From assembly GCF_001194135.2 (NCBI RefSeq), contig NC_068986.1, positions 28,188,743-28,228,227 on the forward strand: 39,485 nucleotides of DNA, written 5' to 3'. Both the position numbers and the translations under genes were made by a program. This document shows positions 36,753-39,485 of the stretch, one piece after another. The notes under the pieces were generated by a model. The model saw only the letters and a program-made list of their open reading frames with translations. It did not search any database and was not told the DNA's origin. Within the stretch, counting starts at the first letter, position 1. Each line of letters starts with the position of its first letter. The stretch is from Octopus bimaculoides (Eukaryota).

Positions 36753-36771
36753 TAATATCATGTTTTACACA
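36284..36771. repeat. Compound minisatellite: conserved AATATCATGTTTTA linker plus variable (CA)n, about 14 units, running into a gap
   Basis: The linker recurs every 25-50 bp or so, separated by CA/TA tracts of different length. Confidence 0.92.
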
Positions 36772-37664
36772 NNNNNNNNNNNNNNNNNNNNNNNNNNNNN
36801 NNNNNNNNNNNNNNNNNNNNNNNNNNNNNNNNNNNNNNNNNNNNNNNNNNNNNNNNNNNNNNNNNNNNNNNNNNNNNNNNNNNNNNNNNNNNNNNNNNNN
36901 NNNNNNNNNNNNNNNNNNNNNNNNNNNNNNNNNNNNNNNNNNNNNNNNNNNNNNNNNNNNNNNNNNNNNNNNNNNNNNNNNNNNNNNNNNNNNNNNNNNN
37001 NNNNNNNNNNNNNNNNNNNNNNNNNNNNNNNNNNNNNNNNNNNNNNNNNNNNNNNNNNNNNNNNNNNNNNNNNNNNNNNNNNNNNNNNNNNNNNNNNNNN
37101 NNNNNNNNNNNNNNNNNNNNNNNNNNNNNNNNNNNNNNNNNNNNNNNNNNNNNNNNNNNNNNNNNNNNNNNNNNNNNNNNNNNNNNNNNNNNNNNNNNNN
37201 NNNNNNNNNNNNNNNNNNNNNNNNNNNNNNNNNNNNNNNNNNNNNNNNNNNNNNNNNNNNNNNNNNNNNNNNNNNNNNNNNNNNNNNNNNNNNNNNNNNN
37301 NNNNNNNNNNNNNNNNNNNNNNNNNNNNNNNNNNNNNNNNNNNNNNNNNNNNNNNNNNNNNNNNNNNNNNNNNNNNNNNNNNNNNNNNNNNNNNNNNNNN
37401 NNNNNNNNNNNNNNNNNNNNNNNNNNNNNNNNNNNNNNNNNNNNNNNNNNNNNNNNNNNNNNNNNNNNNNNNNNNNNNNNNNNNNNNNNNNNNNNNNNNN
37501 NNNNNNNNNNNNNNNNNNNNNNNNNNNNNNNNNNNNNNNNNNNNNNNNNNNNNNNNNNNNNNNNNNNNNNNNNNNNNNNNNNNNNNNNNNNNNNNNNNNN
37601 NNNNNNNNNNNNNNNNNNNNNNNNNNNNNNNNNNNNNNNNNNNNNNNNNNNNNNNNNNNNNNNN

Positions 37665-37697
<33 letters not shown>

Positions 37698-37830
37698 TAT
37701 ATAATATGCATAAATGTATGTATAACTGTAAATATATGCATAAATGATATACATGAATTTATGTGTGTGTGTGTATGTATATATGGTTACATATGTTTGC
37801 ATGAGTATGAATATATGTATTCATACCTAA

Positions 37831-37899
<69 letters not shown>

Positions 37900-38492
37900 C
37901 TTCTACCTGCCTACCTACTTACACACACACGCGTGCGCACTAGTCCCTCCACATACACGCGCACGTACACCCACACATACATATGCATGTGCGGAGTATG
38001 CGTATGGATGCACATACGATGAAGCACCACTTCATGAGATATTGCAAAAATTTTGATCCGCTCCTAATCGCTGGCGCTCTGCCCAGAATCCTTCTCGTAT
38101 TGCTGGGATGCATGAAGGAATATGAACATCACGTTATTGCATTATCCACAGAACACCAGCGTTCGTGAACGCAAAAATTTTCTCTCATCATTCCACCATC
38201 CCATTCATGAACCAGAAGTCCGAGCTTAACTCTATTTACAGGCATATGCCAAAGTTCCTTGTGATTAACTTGAAACTCGATTCATCTCCTGATGTTTCAT
38301 ATTAGCGATCAATATCATTGGTCACATGATCAATTTAAGACATCCAGTGGTTTAATGCATCTTAACAATCATATTTGCTTTTATTTTTGTTTTCACCGGT
38401 GATTATTGTTATCGCTGAAGTCAATCACACGAAATCTTTAGGTTTGAAGAAGCGAACACTCATCTCATACACACTCTCGACGACCAGACACG

Positions 38493-38729
38493 TAAGGCGG
38501 TGAGCTGGCAGAAACGTTAACACGCCGGGCGAAATGCTTAGCAGTATTTCGTCTGCCGTTACGTTCTGAATTCAAATTCCGCTGAGTTCCACTTTGCCTT
38601 TCATCCTTTCGGGGTCGATAAAATAAGTACCAGTTACCCACTGGGGTCGATATAATCGACTTAATCCGTTTGTCTGTCTTTGTTTTTTCCCTATATGTAT
38701 AGCCCCTTGTGGGCAGTAAAGAAATAAGT
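38493..38729 (+). mobile_element. SINE family A, variant with CCCCTTGTGGGCAGTAAAG tail
   Basis: TAAGGCGGTGAGCTGGCAGAAACG head, GAATTCAAATTCC B-box-like motif, body identical in type to 17561-17798. Confidence 0.85.
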
Positions 38730-38863
38730 GTGTGCATACATGTGCGCGCGCACATACACACACACGCAAACACACACATAAAGTGGACGTTGTGTAAGAA
38801 TACAGAATACTGTGTAATTTACCCTTACTAATCTATCAGAGGCTGAGGATCTAAAGCAAGACA

Positions 38864-38899
<36 letters not shown>

Positions 38900-39202
38900 T
38901 CATATATATAAATGCAGGCATCTACGTGTCTTTTTATCTGTCTGTCTTTCTGTAAAGTAATCGACTGGTTTTTCTTAGGCACAAAGGAAACAGAGTAAGA
39001 AGAGAAAACAGCGTTCAACTTTTCAGTGACGACGTATAATATACAACACTGTCAAAGATGGCCAAAGATGGCGTCAACTATCTTTGGCGGTATTCAAGTT
39101 GAATAAATGACGTGCACATCTGCCGAGTGTAGGACATCGCCTTTACACGAAACTCGGTGTCATGAGCACCGTTTGTAATCATGATCATCGCTAAACTATG
39201 TC

Positions 39203-39260
<58 letters not shown>

Positions 39261-39485
39261 CTATTATCCTATGTCTCTACCCCTTTCTGTCTCTGTCTCT
39301 CTCAATCTTCATGTACTTTATACATATTTTTTCCATCTGTCTATAAATATTTTTACGTTTTAGTTTTTCCACCTCTCTCACTCACCCACTCACTCTTTCT
39401 CTCTCTCTCTCTCTCTGTGTATGTGTGTGTATATAGACATAGCAAGGTGAGACACACATAAGAAGGAAGGAAACAAAGGACCACT

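Noticed and set aside
36284-36771. CRISPR array
   Set aside because: Spacers are (CA)n, the repeat is only 14 nt, there are no cas genes and the context is eukaryotic.
37983-38170. 61-aa ORF MHVRSMRMDAHTMKHHFMRYCKNFDPLL..
   Set aside because: Short, no motif and no splice support.

Overview
AT-rich, microsatellite-saturated eukaryotic draft-genome DNA with about ten N-gaps. It looks like a coleoid cephalopod (Octopus-type) scaffold, but that is an inference from composition and from SINE families recalled from memory, not a database match. I find no convincing host gene, tRNA, rRNA or CRISPR array; nearly all ORFs in the track are translations of microsatellites or N runs. The window is intronic/intergenic and dominated by transposable elements: more than 20 tRNA-derived SINE copies from about 3 families; three copies of a GGATC-ended foldback MITE with 8-bp TSDs and a telomeric (CCCTAA/TTAGGG) core; hAT, Tigger/pogo and mariner MITEs or remnants; a broken R4/Dong-type non-LTR retrotransposon (RT, CCHC, REL); a Penelope-like GIY-YIG remnant; and a probable RTE 5' end. 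The most notable structures are the telomere-core MITE family, a SINE>hAT>MITE triple nest, a dimeric SINE with one TSD lying head-to-head with another SINE, TAA-bounded LINE pieces, a 286-bp perfect palindrome and a constant-linker/variable-(CA)n array. I see no evidence for a new protein-coding system.
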